Shown here in pieces: positions 45,598 to 55,241 of a DNA stretch of 64,000 bases. The translations under genes and the position numbers were made by a program. The notes under the pieces were generated by a model. The model did not search any database. It was not told where the DNA came from and saw only the letters and a program-made list of their open reading frames with translations. Source of the stretch: Dehalococcoidia bacterium (GTDB lineage Bacteria; Chloroflexota; Dehalococcoidia; Lucifugimonadales; QGNO01); the NCBI GenBank assembly GCA_965220545.1, contig CBDCQF010000009.1:148660-212659 (forward strand). Direction: 5' to 3'. Positions within the stretch are counted from its first letter, which is position 1; each line of letters begins with the position of its first letter.

Positions 45598-47829
45598 CTA
45601 GGAGGGTACCTTGGTTCTTGCTTCCTTCTTTGTTTCCACTGGGAGCCGGCCATCGGACGATTTATTGAGATTCACCCTATTGACCTTGATCATCCCCTGC
45701 ACTTCTTCCAACTTTGTGAACAGTCTGCTCAGCTGGTTTACGTCAGTAGTAAACACGGTTAGCTCCATTATGGCAATGCCCTCTTCCGTTTCACGGGTTA
45801 CCAGGGAAGCAATGTTCACCTTTTCCCCTGAGACATACGTAGTCACGTCTCTGAGCAGACCAACTCTATCCCAGGCCTCCATCACCAGCCGGACGGGGTA
45901 CAGATTCTTCCTATCGCCCCAATCTACCTTGATTATTCGTTCGGGCTCATCTTCAGAAGTGACGTTCTTGCATCCCTTGCGGTGGATGGAGACTCCTCTA
46001 TTGCGCGTAACGTAGCCAACTATTTCATCATTCGGAAGCGGCGAGCAGCACTGTGCAATATGGGTCAGCAGATTTCCCACCCCCAGCACTTCAATGCCGG
46101 AAGCAGGCAATGTGATGGGGTCGCGGTAGTCAATGCTGGACGGCTGATGGGGCTCTATTGAAGTAAGCCGCGCCGTCACCTGGTTGACGGTTACGGCGCC
46201 ACTTCCCAGCGCATAGAACAGCTCTTCCACCGAATCCTTATGAAAGAGACGCGCCATCTCTTCAGGAGTGGGTGTTACGTCCAGCCTCCGCAGCTCACGT
46301 GACCACAACTCTTTGCCGCGTTCTACGCTCTCACTCCGTTCCTGTCTACGGAACCATAGTCTAATGCGCTGGCGAGCCGTAGCGCTCTTCACATATCCGG
46401 CGTGAGGGTTGAGCCAGTCCAGGCTGGGACCGCGGGCTACTTTGCTGGTGAGAATCTCCACCGTATCGCCGTTTTGCAACGGAGTATCCAGGGCGGTCAG
46501 CTTGCCGTTTACTTTGGCGCCAATGCACCTATGGCCCAACTCCGTGTGCACGTGGTAGGCCATGTCTATGGACGTGGAGCCGGCGGGCAGCTCTTTGACG
46601 TCCCCCTTGGGTGTGTATACAAAGACCCTGTCCGGAAAGAGGTCTGTCTTGACATTTTCCAGGAACTCTTCGGCGCCTGAGACCTCACGCTGCCAGTCAA
46701 GGAGCTGACGCAGCCAGGTCATCTTCTGCTCGAACACGGAGGGCTGGTTCAGCCCCTCCTTGTACAGCCAGTGAGAGGCTACGCCGTATTCCGCCAGCCT
46801 GTGCATGTCATGGGTCCGTATCTGCACCTCCAACGGCATAGCGCCCGGGCCCATCACGGTTGTATGGAGCGACTGGTACAGGTTCTCTTTGGGCTTGGCC
46901 ACGTAATCATCGAACTGTCCGGGAAGCGGTGTCCATAGCGCATGCACCACGCCCAATGTGGTGTAGCACTCGCTCTTCTCGTCTACGAGGACTCGTAGGG
47001 CAAACAGGTCGTGAATGTCGTCGAAGTCCTTGCGCTGAGCGGCATAGGCCTCCATTTTCATTTGAACGCTGTAGATGTTCTTGGCCCTGCCCGTAACCTG
47101 ACCTTTTATGCCGTGTTCCTTAAGCGCCTGTTCCAGTGTTTGGCGCACCTCTCCTATGTGGCGTTCACGTTCGTCTCTCGTCTTGGACAACAGCTTGGAT
47201 ATCTCACGATATCGCGCCGGTTCAAGCTGCTGGAAAGCTATGTCTTCCAGGCGCCATTTGATGTCCCACATACCCAATCTATGGGCAAGCGGTGCATAGA
47301 TATCCAGAGTCTCTTGTGCAATAGCAAGCCGCCGGTCCAAGGGCACGTACTTCAGAGTGCGCATGTTGTGAAGGCGGTCCGCCAACTTTATGAGCACAAC
47401 TCTCAGGTCCTGGGCCATTGCAACCAGCATCTTGCGCAAGCTGGCGGCCTGGTTCCCTCCTTCAGACCTGATCTGAGCGCTATCGTCATTATCAGACGTA
47501 CGGAGATCCAGCCGATTGAGCTTGGTAACACCGTCGACTAAATGAGCGACCTCTGCCCCAAACTCAGCATCCAACTTGTCCACGGAAACGTCGCAGTCCT
47601 CTATGACGTCATGAAGCAACGCAGCGGCTATCGTCGTGGAGTCCAGGTGCAAGTCGGCTAGATATAGTGCGGTTTCTACGGGATGATTTATGAACGGTTC
47701 GCCGGAAAGCCGCATCTGGCCGTTGTGTGCCTCCGCAGCGAAATCGTAAGCCTTGCAAACAAAGGCTACACGATCGTCCGGCAAGTAGCTCTGCACTTTT
47801 GTAAGAAGATTCTTCAATGCACCCTTCAC
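45598..47829 (-). CDS. relA: Bifunctional (p)ppGpp synthetase/hydrolase, RelA/SpoT (Rel) family
   Basis: 743 aa. HD hydrolase domain (HPVETA..L......D..TIAAALLHDV.ED), synthetase domain (GRAKNIYS...KM, YQSLHTTV) and TGS, zinc-finger and ACT C-terminal domains. GTG start. Confidence 0.9.
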   Translation of the reverse strand: MKGALKNLLTKVQSYLPDDRVAFVCKAYDFAAEAHNGQMRLSGEPFINHPVETALYLADLHLDSTTIAAALLHDVIEDCDVSVDKLDAEFGAEVAHLVDGVTKLNRLDLRTSDNDDSAQIRSEGGNQAASLRKMLVAMAQDLRVVLIKLADRLHNMRTLKYVPLDRRLAIAQETLDIYAPLAHRLGMWDIKWRLEDIAFQQLEPARYREISKLLSKTRDERERHIGEVRQTLEQALKEHGIKGQVTGRAKNIYSVQMKMEAYAAQRKDFDDIHDLFALRVLVDEKSECYTTLGVVHALWTPLPGQFDDYVAKPKENLYQSLHTTVMGPGAMPLEVQIRTHDMHRLAEYGVASHWLYKEGLNQPSVFEQKMTWLRQLLDWQREVSGAEEFLENVKTDLFPDRVFVYTPKGDVKELPAGSTSIDMAYHVHTELGHRCIGAKVNGKLTALDTPLQNGDTVEILTSKVARGPSLDWLNPHAGYVKSATARQRIRLWFRRQERSESVERGKELWSRELRRLDVTPTPEEMARLFHKDSVEELFYALGSGAVTVNQVTARLTSIEPHQPSSIDYRDPITLPASGIEVLGVGNLLTHIAQCCSPLPNDEIVGYVTRNRGVSIHRKGCKNVTSEDEPERIIKVDWGDRKNLYPVRLVMEAWDRVGLLRDVTTYVSGEKVNIASLVTRETEEGIAIMELTVFTTDVNQLSRLFTKLEEVQGMIKVNRVNLNKSSDGRLPVETKKEARTKVPS

Positions 47830-47991
47830 CCTACCTTAGACTGCACAGTCAAAGTATAACCTAACTGGTCGGCTGGGACAAAGTACGGACATACGGATAT
47901 GAGAGTCGCTGATTCAAGGAAGACGGCTCATATGTGTTTGCCGTCTTTACTACGGCGTATGCCTAGAGTATTCTGATTTGACACCCTATCT

Positions 47992-49266
47992 TTGAGGCTT
48001 CCTTTGTACAGAGCACCCAGAGGCACGTCGGACCAGTTGCCTCAGGAACAGAAATACCGGAAATACGTTGAGGACACGGCTGCACTGGTATGCCGCACAT
48101 TTGGGTTCGAAAGAATCGACACGCCCGTTTTCGAAGCTACGGGACTTTTTGTGCGCACGGTTGGAGAGGAAACGGACGTGGTGCAAAAGGAGATGTACAC
48201 GTTTGAAGACAGGGGCGGAGATTCCTTGACGCTGAGGCCTGAAGGCACGGCGCCGGTGTGCCGCGCCTACATTGAGCATGGCATGTCCAACCTGCCTCAG
48301 CCCGTACGGCTCTACTACTGCTGCCCCATATTCAGATATGAACGGCCGCAGGCGGGCCGGTTCCGGCAGCACAACCAGTTTGGAATTGAAGTTATCGGCG
48401 ATGCCGGCCCCTTGGCGGACTTAGAGGTGATCCAGCTTGGTTGGACGTTCACCAGGAACCTTGGACTGACCAACCTGACGCTTGTGATTAACTCCATAGG
48501 CGACAAGGAATGCCGGCCCGCTTACTTGAATAAGCTGAAGGAGTACTATCTAGCGCATCTGGACCAGCTATGCGACGACTGTCGTACGCGGTTTGACAGC
48601 AACCCTTTGAGGCTGCTGGACTGCAAGCAGACCGGCTGTCAGCCTTTTATAGAGAACGCGCCGGCATCTGCCGAAAACCTGTGCTCCAATTGCCAGCAAC
48701 ACTGGGACGCTTTGCGGGGACATCTGAAACAGTTGGGGATACCTTACAAAGAGGATCATCGACTGGTTAGAGGGTTGGACTACTACACCCGCACCGTTTT
48801 TGAGATCCAGCCCCCGGAAGAGGGGTCCCAAAGCACCGTGTTGGGCGGCGGACGATACGACGGGCTAATCGAGCAATTGGGAGCTCCCGCCACTCCGGGG
48901 GTGGGGTTCGGCAGCGGTATAGAGCGCCTGATAGCTAATCTGAAGCGTCAGGGTGTCACGCTGCCCGACAGATCGCCCAGGCCGGTGGTGATTACGGGTC
49001 TAGGAGAAGAGGCGCAGAGCAAAGGTGTGGAGCTCGCGGCCGCTCTCAGAGAAGCCGGCGTTTCCGTACTGATTGCTTCCTCGAGCCGCAGTCTCAGAGC
49101 CCAAATGCGCTACGCTTCCACTATGGACGCAAGTTTCACCGTAATCATCGGAGAAGATGAACTGGCTAGAGGTAAGCTGGGCGTTCGGGACATGGACAAC
49201 AGCGACCAGCGAGAAGTACCCATGCTTGAGATCGTCGATTACTTGACAAACGCTGCCACAACTTAG
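47992..49266 (+). CDS. hisS: Histidine--tRNA ligase
   Basis: 424 aa. Contains RAPRGTSD.LP, class II motifs (FRYERPQAGR.RQH.QFG.E; GGGRYD.L) and a C-terminal anticodon-binding domain. Confidence 0.9.
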   Translation: MRLPLYRAPRGTSDQLPQEQKYRKYVEDTAALVCRTFGFERIDTPVFEATGLFVRTVGEETDVVQKEMYTFEDRGGDSLTLRPEGTAPVCRAYIEHGMSNLPQPVRLYYCCPIFRYERPQAGRFRQHNQFGIEVIGDAGPLADLEVIQLGWTFTRNLGLTNLTLVINSIGDKECRPAYLNKLKEYYLAHLDQLCDDCRTRFDSNPLRLLDCKQTGCQPFIENAPASAENLCSNCQQHWDALRGHLKQLGIPYKEDHRLVRGLDYYTRTVFEIQPPEEGSQSTVLGGGRYDGLIEQLGAPATPGVGFGSGIERLIANLKRQGVTLPDRSPRPVVITGLGEEAQSKGVELAAALREAGVSVLIASSSRSLRAQMRYASTMDASFTVIIGEDELARGKLGVRDMDNSDQREVPMLEIVDYLTNAATT

Positions 49267-49289
49267 AATACCAAGTTCATAAGAGAAGG

Positions 49290-50357
49290 ATGATGCTAGA
49301 CAAATTAGCCGAAATGGAGCTTCGTCTCAACGAAATCGATGAGTTGATGGCGAGTCCAAGCGTAACCGTAGACACTGCACGATTGATTAGCTTGAGCAGA
49401 GAGAGGGCTGGCCTGGAACCGGTAGTCAACTCCTACAAAGAGTACCTTGAAATCCAGCACTCACTGGAAGACACGCAGAGCATGATCAGGGAAGCAGATG
49501 ACCCTGATTTGGTGGCGCTGGCTAAGGAAGAGGTCGCGTCTCTGGAGGATAAAAGGAGCGCCCTTGAAAAGGACCTGAAGCAGGCGCTCATACCCAAAGA
49601 CCCTTCCGATACAAGAAACGTCTTTGTTGAGATACGCGCCGCCACCGGGGGAGACGAAGCTTCGCTTTTTGCCGGTGATCTTTACCGGATGTACTCTCGG
49701 TATGCTCAGCTTCAACGCTGGCAAGTTGACCTGGTCGATGCCCACGAATCGGAGGTTGGCGGCTTCAAAGAGATCATATTCCAGGTCAACGGCCGGGACG
49801 TATACAGCTACCTCAAGTATGAAAGCGGCGCACACCGGGTGCAGAGGGTCCCCGTTACCGAGTCTTCAGGTAGATTGCACACGTCCACAGCCACCGTGGC
49901 CGTCCTCCCGGAGGCGGAAGAGGTTGACATTGATATCAAAGATGAAGACCTTAGAATAGACATATTTCACGCGGGCGGTCATGGCGGACAAAATGTGAAT
50001 AAAGTTGCCACCGCGGTGCGCGTTACCCATCTGCCCACCGGAATAGTGGCCGTGTGCCAGGATGAAAGGTCGCAACTGCGTAACAAAGAGAAGGCGTTGA
50101 ACGTACTCAGAGCGCGCTTGTTTGACAAAGCACAGCGAGAGCAGCAAGAGAGCCTTAGCCAGGAAAGACGGAGCAAGGTTGGCACCGGAGAACGCTCCGA
50201 GAAAATCAGGACTTATAATTTCCCCCAAGACCGAATTACAGACCACAGGATCAACAAGAGCTTCCACAACATACAGTCCATCTTAGACGGCGAGATGGCG
50301 CCGGTTGTCGAGCCCCTCAGAGAATATGAGCAAAGTCAGCGAATGGAAAGCCTCTGA
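49290..50357 (+). CDS. prfA: Peptide chain release factor 1
   Basis: 355 aa. Contains the PVT tripeptide (RVQRVPVTES) and the GGQ motif (HAGGHGGQNVNK). Confidence 0.95.
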   Translation: MMLDKLAEMELRLNEIDELMASPSVTVDTARLISLSRERAGLEPVVNSYKEYLEIQHSLEDTQSMIREADDPDLVALAKEEVASLEDKRSALEKDLKQALIPKDPSDTRNVFVEIRAATGGDEASLFAGDLYRMYSRYAQLQRWQVDLVDAHESEVGGFKEIIFQVNGRDVYSYLKYESGAHRVQRVPVTESSGRLHTSTATVAVLPEAEEVDIDIKDEDLRIDIFHAGGHGGQNVNKVATAVRVTHLPTGIVAVCQDERSQLRNKEKALNVLRARLFDKAQREQQESLSQERRSKVGTGERSEKIRTYNFPQDRITDHRINKSFHNIQSILDGEMAPVVEPLREYEQSQRMESL

Positions 50358-51219
50358 AACAATCACGGTCCGTGAAACGGTTCTCAACATAAGCAAGTCG
50401 CTGCACAGCGCGGGAATAGCCGAACACATTCTGGAGGCTGAGCTCCTGCTGGGCGCGGCCCTTGGAATGGACCGCGCCGCCCTGTACACGTCTTTCAATG
50501 AAGACGTGGCAGGTTTCGGCATGCAAACGGTAGATAAGCTATTGGCGCGGCGACTTACCCGTGAGCCCCTGCCCTACATTCTGGGTTACCGTGAATTCTA
50601 CGGAATGTCTCTAGAGGTAAACCCCAGCGTATTCATTCCCCGACCGGAGACGGAGATACTGGTGGACGAGGCTATACGTCTGGCCAAGCAGATGCCAAGT
50701 CGGCCGTTGAGAATAGTAGAGGTGGGCACGGGATGCGGCGCAATAGCTGTAGCTTTGGCGTCACACCTGGCCAACGTGGATATCCGTGCTACTGACATCT
50801 CACGGCAGGCCTTGACTACGGCCCAGGCCAATGCCGAGCGCCACGGTCTGCGGAATCGCATAGAGTTTATGCACTGCGACCTGTTGTCTTGCTTTCTAGG
50901 GCCGATAGACATGTTGATAGCCAACCCACCCTACGTGAGCAGCGCCGTTATTCCATCTCTGGAGCCTGAGATACGCATATTCGAACCACGAGAGGCGTTG
51001 GACGGCGGTGACGACGGCCTTAGTCTGATCCGGAGGCTCCTGGGAGAAGCGCGCCGCGTGTTGCAGGGCAACAGTGTTATCCTACTGGAGATGGACCCGC
51101 ACCAAATGGAGGTGGTCGAGATGACAGCCACCAGCTACTGGCCTAGCACGACAACCAGCAGACACAAAGACCTTGCCGGATTGGACAGAGTACTGTCTAT
51201 ACGGTTGTCCGGCTGCTAG
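50326..51219 (+). CDS. prmC: Release-factor glutamine N5-methyltransferase
   Basis: Contains the SAM motif VEVGTGCGAIA and the substrate motif NPPY (LIANPPYV). The track start is 50305. I prefer ATG 50326. Either way the gene overlaps the prfA end. Confidence 0.8.
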   Translation: MSKVSEWKASETITVRETVLNISKSLHSAGIAEHILEAELLLGAALGMDRAALYTSFNEDVAGFGMQTVDKLLARRLTREPLPYILGYREFYGMSLEVNPSVFIPRPETEILVDEAIRLAKQMPSRPLRIVEVGTGCGAIAVALASHLANVDIRATDISRQALTTAQANAERHGLRNRIEFMHCDLLSCFLGPIDMLIANPPYVSSAVIPSLEPEIRIFEPREALDGGDDGLSLIRRLLGEARRVLQGNSVILLEMDPHQMEVVEMTATSYWPSTTTSRHKDLAGLDRVLSIRLSGC

Positions 51220-52181
51220 AGCTCCATCACCACTTTGAGGACGTTGTCCCGCTTTTCACTGTACATTTGGAAGGCCTCATTTGCCTCCGCAAATGGCAGT
51301 GTATGGGTCACCAGATGCTCCAGGTTAAGCCTGTTCTGAGCCACCAGGTCCACGCAGTGCTTGATGTGGCTTGTGGGGTCGTTGGGCGGCCTGGAGCTGA
51401 TTGTAGGCAGGATGGTGGCAAGGCTGCTCATCATCGCATCGTAGTTGATGGGAAGCACGTCCTCATGGTGAGGCTGCCCGAACAGCACAGCCAGGCCCAG
51501 CTTGCGGATGACCTGGAACATCAGGTTGATGGTCTCAGCCTCACCGGCGGCCTCAATCACTATGTCGGCCTGACTCCCGCCGGTGATTTCAGCCACCGCA
51601 CCGATGACATCCTCCCTGGACGAATTTATCGTATGCGTGGCGCCCAGTTGCTTGGAGACCTCCAATCTATAGTCCAGCAAATCAACCGTGATGACTTGCC
51701 TGGCTCCCTGCAGGGCCATCCAGTAGGTGAAGTTCAGCCCAATGGGCCCCTGGCCCATGATCACTACCCGCTTGCCAAGCACGCTGCCCAACCGGTCGCA
51801 GGAGTACATCACCGTACCCATGTGCTGACACATAACCCACGTGGAGAGGTCTCCATCGTCGGGGAGAGGAATTACGCGGCTAGGCGGTTCGGCAAGGTAT
51901 TCAACCAGGCCCGCGCTGGTGGAAGGAAGCACTATCACGCGCTGGCCCACCGAGAGGTCATCGGTGCGGCTTTCCACGATGACACCGGCGCATTCGTGAC
52001 ACGGCCTGCCGTGTTCCAACGGGTACTGCTCCTCCGGCAGGACTCTATCGAAGATGCGCAAGTCGCTGCCGCAGACGGAGAGTTTCTGGAGCTGTATCAG
52101 CGCCTGGCCGTCTTTGACTTCAGGCATTGGGATGTCGTCAAACTGTAGCTGCTGGGGACCGACGACACGGGCTGCTTGCAT
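51216..52181 (-). CDS. Zinc-binding medium-chain alcohol/polyol dehydrogenase family protein
   Basis: 321 aa. GroES-like N-domain with zinc ligands (VCGSDL; GHECAG) and the Rossmann motif VIMGQGPIGL. Confidence 0.8.
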   Translation of the reverse strand: MQAARVVGPQQLQFDDIPMPEVKDGQALIQLQKLSVCGSDLRIFDRVLPEEQYPLEHGRPCHECAGVIVESRTDDLSVGQRVIVLPSTSAGLVEYLAEPPSRVIPLPDDGDLSTWVMCQHMGTVMYSCDRLGSVLGKRVVIMGQGPIGLNFTYWMALQGARQVITVDLLDYRLEVSKQLGATHTINSSREDVIGAVAEITGGSQADIVIEAAGEAETINLMFQVIRKLGLAVLFGQPHHEDVLPINYDAMMSSLATILPTISSRPPNDPTSHIKHCVDLVAQNRLNLEHLVTHTLPFAEANEAFQMYSEKRDNVLKVVMEL

Positions 52182-52360
52182 TGGCTTTACCTCCGCATGG
52201 ATGTGTTGGATTCTGCACGGTAATCTATCATCAAGACAGAGGAGTTTGCCATAGGCTGAGCAATCGCGTGGCTAGAACGGCAGGCACCACAGATCGATGA
52301 TTGATTGACCATGGATTGTCGGATATAGTCAGCGAAGGAACGCTCCCAAGGAGGGCTGAC

Positions 52361-53470
52361 ATGACGAGCACGGAGACCCAAACGAACATGGCGGGCAAAG
52401 TTATCACGGTAAACGGCCCCATGGATCCCGAACAGCTGGGCGCCACCATAATGCATGAGCACATATTCATCGACTTCTGGCGCGACAAGACGCTTGGATT
52501 CAACGCCCCGGCCACGGACGTTGAGATATGGGACCAGAAGCTGACGTTGGAGAACCTGCATCTGGCCCGCGAACGCAAGCACATGAAGGACAACTACATG
52601 CTGACCGACGAAGACGTGGCGGTACGCGAGCTGCAGTACTTCAAGAACAGCGGCGGCGGAACCGTGGTCGACGTGACGAACATCGGCCTGGGAAGAGACC
52701 CGCAGGCCTTGCGGAGGATGGCGAACGCTACCGGCCTCAACGTTGTGATGGGATCAGGTTGGTACCAGAAGTTCTATCATCCCGTTGACATGGACGAGCG
52801 GACGGTGGAAGACCTGACGAGCGAAATAGTGCAAGACATCACGGTGGGCGTGAACGGCACGGGAATAAAGTCCGGGATCATTGGAGAGGTAGGAATAAAC
52901 GGCAACCCGCTCACGCCAAACGAAATAAAGAGCATCAAGGCATCGGCGCGGGCGAGCAGAGCCACCGGCGCTGCCATATCGTTCCACCAGGGCGGCACGG
53001 ACAGAGAGAAGCTGGAGGTGGCGGGCATCCTGGGAGAGGAAGGAGCCGATCTGAATCGCGTAATATTCGGGCACAGCAACACCTACGCGGGAGACGTGCC
53101 GTTGCTGCTGGAGCTGCTGAAGATGGGCACGTACATCCAGTTCGACACGCTGGGTCGAGTAGGCGCTCCGGTGGCGCGGTACTCTTACATCTACGATACG
53201 AACCTGAACCGGGTGTACCAGTCGGCGGGCGACGTTCTGGTGGCGGAGGCGATACCACAATTGATAGAAGCGGGCTACGAAGACAGGATACTGCTTTCGC
53301 AGGACGTGTGCATGAAGATACACCTGAAGGCGTACGGCGGCACGGGGTACTCGTTCGTCATGGAGAAGTTCGTACCCTACCTGCTCACGCTGGGGGTAAC
53401 GGCGGAACAGGCCATCAAGATGATGTTCGACAACCCGATGCGGGTGCTGACGTTAGTTGAGCCGGGGTAG
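52361..53470 (+). CDS. Phosphotriesterase-family (PTE/PLL-like) amidohydrolase
   Basis: Contains G.T.MHEHIFID (HxH metal site), IGEVG, ISFH and later GHS and SQD motifs typical of the PTE fold. The track start is 52301. I prefer ATG 52361, which has AGGAGG 6 nt upstream. Confidence 0.8.
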   Translation: MTSTETQTNMAGKVITVNGPMDPEQLGATIMHEHIFIDFWRDKTLGFNAPATDVEIWDQKLTLENLHLARERKHMKDNYMLTDEDVAVRELQYFKNSGGGTVVDVTNIGLGRDPQALRRMANATGLNVVMGSGWYQKFYHPVDMDERTVEDLTSEIVQDITVGVNGTGIKSGIIGEVGINGNPLTPNEIKSIKASARASRATGAAISFHQGGTDREKLEVAGILGEEGADLNRVIFGHSNTYAGDVPLLLELLKMGTYIQFDTLGRVGAPVARYSYIYDTNLNRVYQSAGDVLVAEAIPQLIEAGYEDRILLSQDVCMKIHLKAYGGTGYSFVMEKFVPYLLTLGVTAEQAIKMMFDNPMRVLTLVEPG

Positions 53471-53896
53471 GGTCTGGGCAGCTCCTACTGCGGCAAGAGT
53501 AGCCGCCCGTTTCATTGTGCTATGATGGTGTTCCCGATGGAAGCAATGGAGGGTGTGGCATGATAGGACAACCAGGCCCGAGAAGAGATTGGGAGTCTGT
53601 AGCTGCCGACCGTTTGCACAGGATGGGGCGCAGGAACAGCGCCCGAGCCCTCTTAGGAACCGACAAGCGCAAGGGCCAGCATGATGAGCGCCAAGCCCAC
53701 GAATGGCGTCAAGAAGGCAAGCGCCGGACAACGCAGAACGCAGCCCCTAGGTCATTCCTTGAGCGGCTGAGAAGATTGCTGCACCTCTGAGTCTGCGTTT
53801 CCCCATATCTCATACCACATATCCCACACCTTGACCCGTTCCACGCTCATTTAGTAGTGTGCCATCCTCTGGCAATCATTGTTCAGGAGGCCGAGT

Positions 53897-54085
53897 GTGA
53901 ATGAGTGGCATATTCTAGTGGTAGGTGCGATTTTGGGCACATGTTTAGGAGTGCTTTGGGCATTTGACTTTGAAACTGAGCGTCTAATGAAAGGGATCGG
54001 GAGAGTCGTGGTTGGCTCAGTAGCGGGCTTGGTGATTGCCCTACTGGGATCGCTCTATTTCAAACTAAGGATGCGGCAGCGGTAA
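53897..54085 (+). CDS. Hypothetical small membrane protein (2 TM, 62 aa)
   Basis: AGGAGG (53885-53890) lies 6 nt before GTG 53897. The product VNEWHILVVGAILGTCLGVLWAF...VVGSVAGLVIALLGSLYF is hydrophobic. No family was recognised. Confidence 0.3.
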   Translation: MNEWHILVVGAILGTCLGVLWAFDFETERLMKGIGRVVVGSVAGLVIALLGSLYFKLRMRQR

Positions 54086-54113
54086 GCTTGAGATGAGAAT
54101 ACCTAATGTTGGG

Positions 54114-54431
54114 TTACCAGTCTCCGGTGACAACGAAAGCTAGCAGTATAACAAGCGTGAGAACCACGAGTAATACCAAGAGGCGAGTCCTGGCATAAGG
54201 GCTCTCGTCTCTAATCTTCTTGCTATAGAATTCATAACTCGGTCTCGGTATTGGAGTACCTTGTTCATGGCCTACCCAATCAACATCTACTCCCGTGCGC
54301 TCAACAGTGATTTGTACCGCTCGTTCTAACCCATAAGTAAGCCGTTCGCTCCAAACTATGTTGTGCCAGTTGCAAACACCATGATGTTCTGGCTTTGCTC
54401 TACATAGCGGTTCTGCGCATTTTGTTGTCAT
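54114..54431 (-). CDS. Hypothetical tail-anchored protein with an N-terminal Cys/His cluster
   Basis: 105 aa. Contains CAEPLCRAKPEHHGVCNWH near the N-terminus and a single C-terminal TM (LLVLLVVLTLVILLAFVV). It lies in the AT-richer stretch. No family was recognised. Confidence 0.35.
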   Translation of the reverse strand: MTTKCAEPLCRAKPEHHGVCNWHNIVWSERLTYGLERAVQITVERTGVDVDWVGHEQGTPIPRPSYEFYSKKIRDESPYARTRLLVLLVVLTLVILLAFVVTGDW

Positions 54432-54514
54432 TGTTGCATCGTCTACGTTTTGGCACTGGGAAGTCGAACCTACTCTCTTCGGAGTGAGTCATTTATCCAT
54501 CTCCCCCGATTCCC

Positions 54515-54964
54515 TCACTTCTTGGGGTTGTTGCCCTCGTCGCCTTCGCCTCTATCGCCTTTCGCCATAGGTTTCATAGTGCCCTCCCCCTCGGAAGCGC
54601 CTGGAATAGACCCATCCTCCCCTGCATAATACGGTGCTGCCGGCCCCTCTTCTCTAACGGCCAAGACGTCCCGGCGCAGCCTATCGTTGAGCCGGGTCTG
54701 CCAGCCAGGCCCGCCGGATCGGAAGTGGTTCACAATGTCCTCATCCAAACGGATGGATACCAACCGCTTGGTCGGGGCTTTCTGCTTGCCGCGCCTGCGG
54801 CGGGACCACTCCACCAGTTCCGGGTCTACCTCAATGGCGGGACGGGCGCGGGCCCAGTCCTCATCGGTCATCTCCGGGGCGTCCGGGTCTTCGGCGATGT
54901 GCCGCTGTATTTCGGCTTCTTCTTGGTCTGTGGGGCTTATGTGGCCCGGTTTAAGCCTCGGCAT
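54515..54964 (-). CDS. brnA: BrnA-family antitoxin (type II TA) with an acidic/Gly-rich C-terminal tail
   Basis: Contains ...RRRGKQKAPTKRLVSIRLDEDIVNHFRSGGPGWQTRLNDRLR, which matches the BrnA pattern (K..V.lRlD.dvl..Fk..G.GyQTriN..Lr). I start it at ATG 54964. The track start 55090 is an upstream extension overlapping brnT in another frame. Confidence 0.65.
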   Translation of the reverse strand: MPRLKPGHISPTDQEEAEIQRHIAEDPDAPEMTDEDWARARPAIEVDPELVEWSRRRRGKQKAPTKRLVSIRLDEDIVNHFRSGGPGWQTRLNDRLRRDVLAVREEGPAAPYYAGEDGSIPGASEGEGTMKPMAKGDRGEGDEGNNPKK

Positions 54965-55208
54965 AATACCTCTCCTCCTTCTTGCTCGCTCTTCGCAGGC
55001 TGATGATGCGCCTTCTATCGTCGCGACGGGTGTACACAACGAAGTGCAAGCGGTCTCCAATATATCCAATGACGCACCAACGAGACTCACCGTGGCGGGG
55101 GTTGGAGAAGATCATTGCCGTATCCCATTCGAAGTCCTCTACGGCTTCAAAGCCGGGACGCCCCGCTACGATATTGGCTTGGTTCTTTGCTTAGTCCCAT
55201 TCGTACAT
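54951..55208 (-). pseudogene. brnT: BrnT (DUF497) toxin gene interrupted by an in-frame TAA at codon 6
   Basis: My translation is MYEWD*AKNQANIVAGRPGFEAVEDFEWDTAMIFSNPRHGESRWCVIGYIGDRLHFVVYTRRDDRRRIISLRRASKKEERYYAEA. It matches the DUF497 pattern (fEWD..K...N..., E.R...iG......l.vVyT.R....RIIS.R.A...E...Y). The TAA lies at 55191-55193. The 3' end overlaps the brnA ATG by 14 nt. Confidence 0.5.
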
Positions 55209-55213
55209 ATCAG

Positions 55214-55241
55214 ATTGTACATACAATTAGCGGTTTGTCAA
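55214..55241 (-). promoter_or_regulatory. Candidate promoter of brnTA giving a (near-)leaderless transcript
   Basis: The minus strand reads TTGACA (plus 55236-55241), a 16-nt spacer, TACAAT (plus 55214-55219), then 5 nt to the brnT ATG. Confidence 0.35.

Noticed and set aside
47830-47991. Possible T-box or attenuator upstream of hisS, including an 8-bp hairpin AAGACGGC...GCCGTCTT at 47920-47947
   Set aside because: There is no T-box consensus (AGGGTGGTACCGCG-like) or specifier-loop architecture, and the hairpin lacks a proper U-run on either strand. That is not enough to call a regulatory element.
51267-52148. 293-aa plus-strand ORF opposite the zinc-dependent dehydrogenase gene
   Set aside because: It is an antisense shadow ORF with no motifs. 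The minus-strand frame carries clear MDR dehydrogenase signatures.
53515-53790. 91-aa highly basic ORF (and the antisense 92-aa ORF 53453-53731) in the gap after the PTE-like gene
   Set aside because: There is no RBS and no recognisable motif, and the composition is extreme in Arg, Gly and Gln. I treat the region as non-coding or degraded sequence within the islet.
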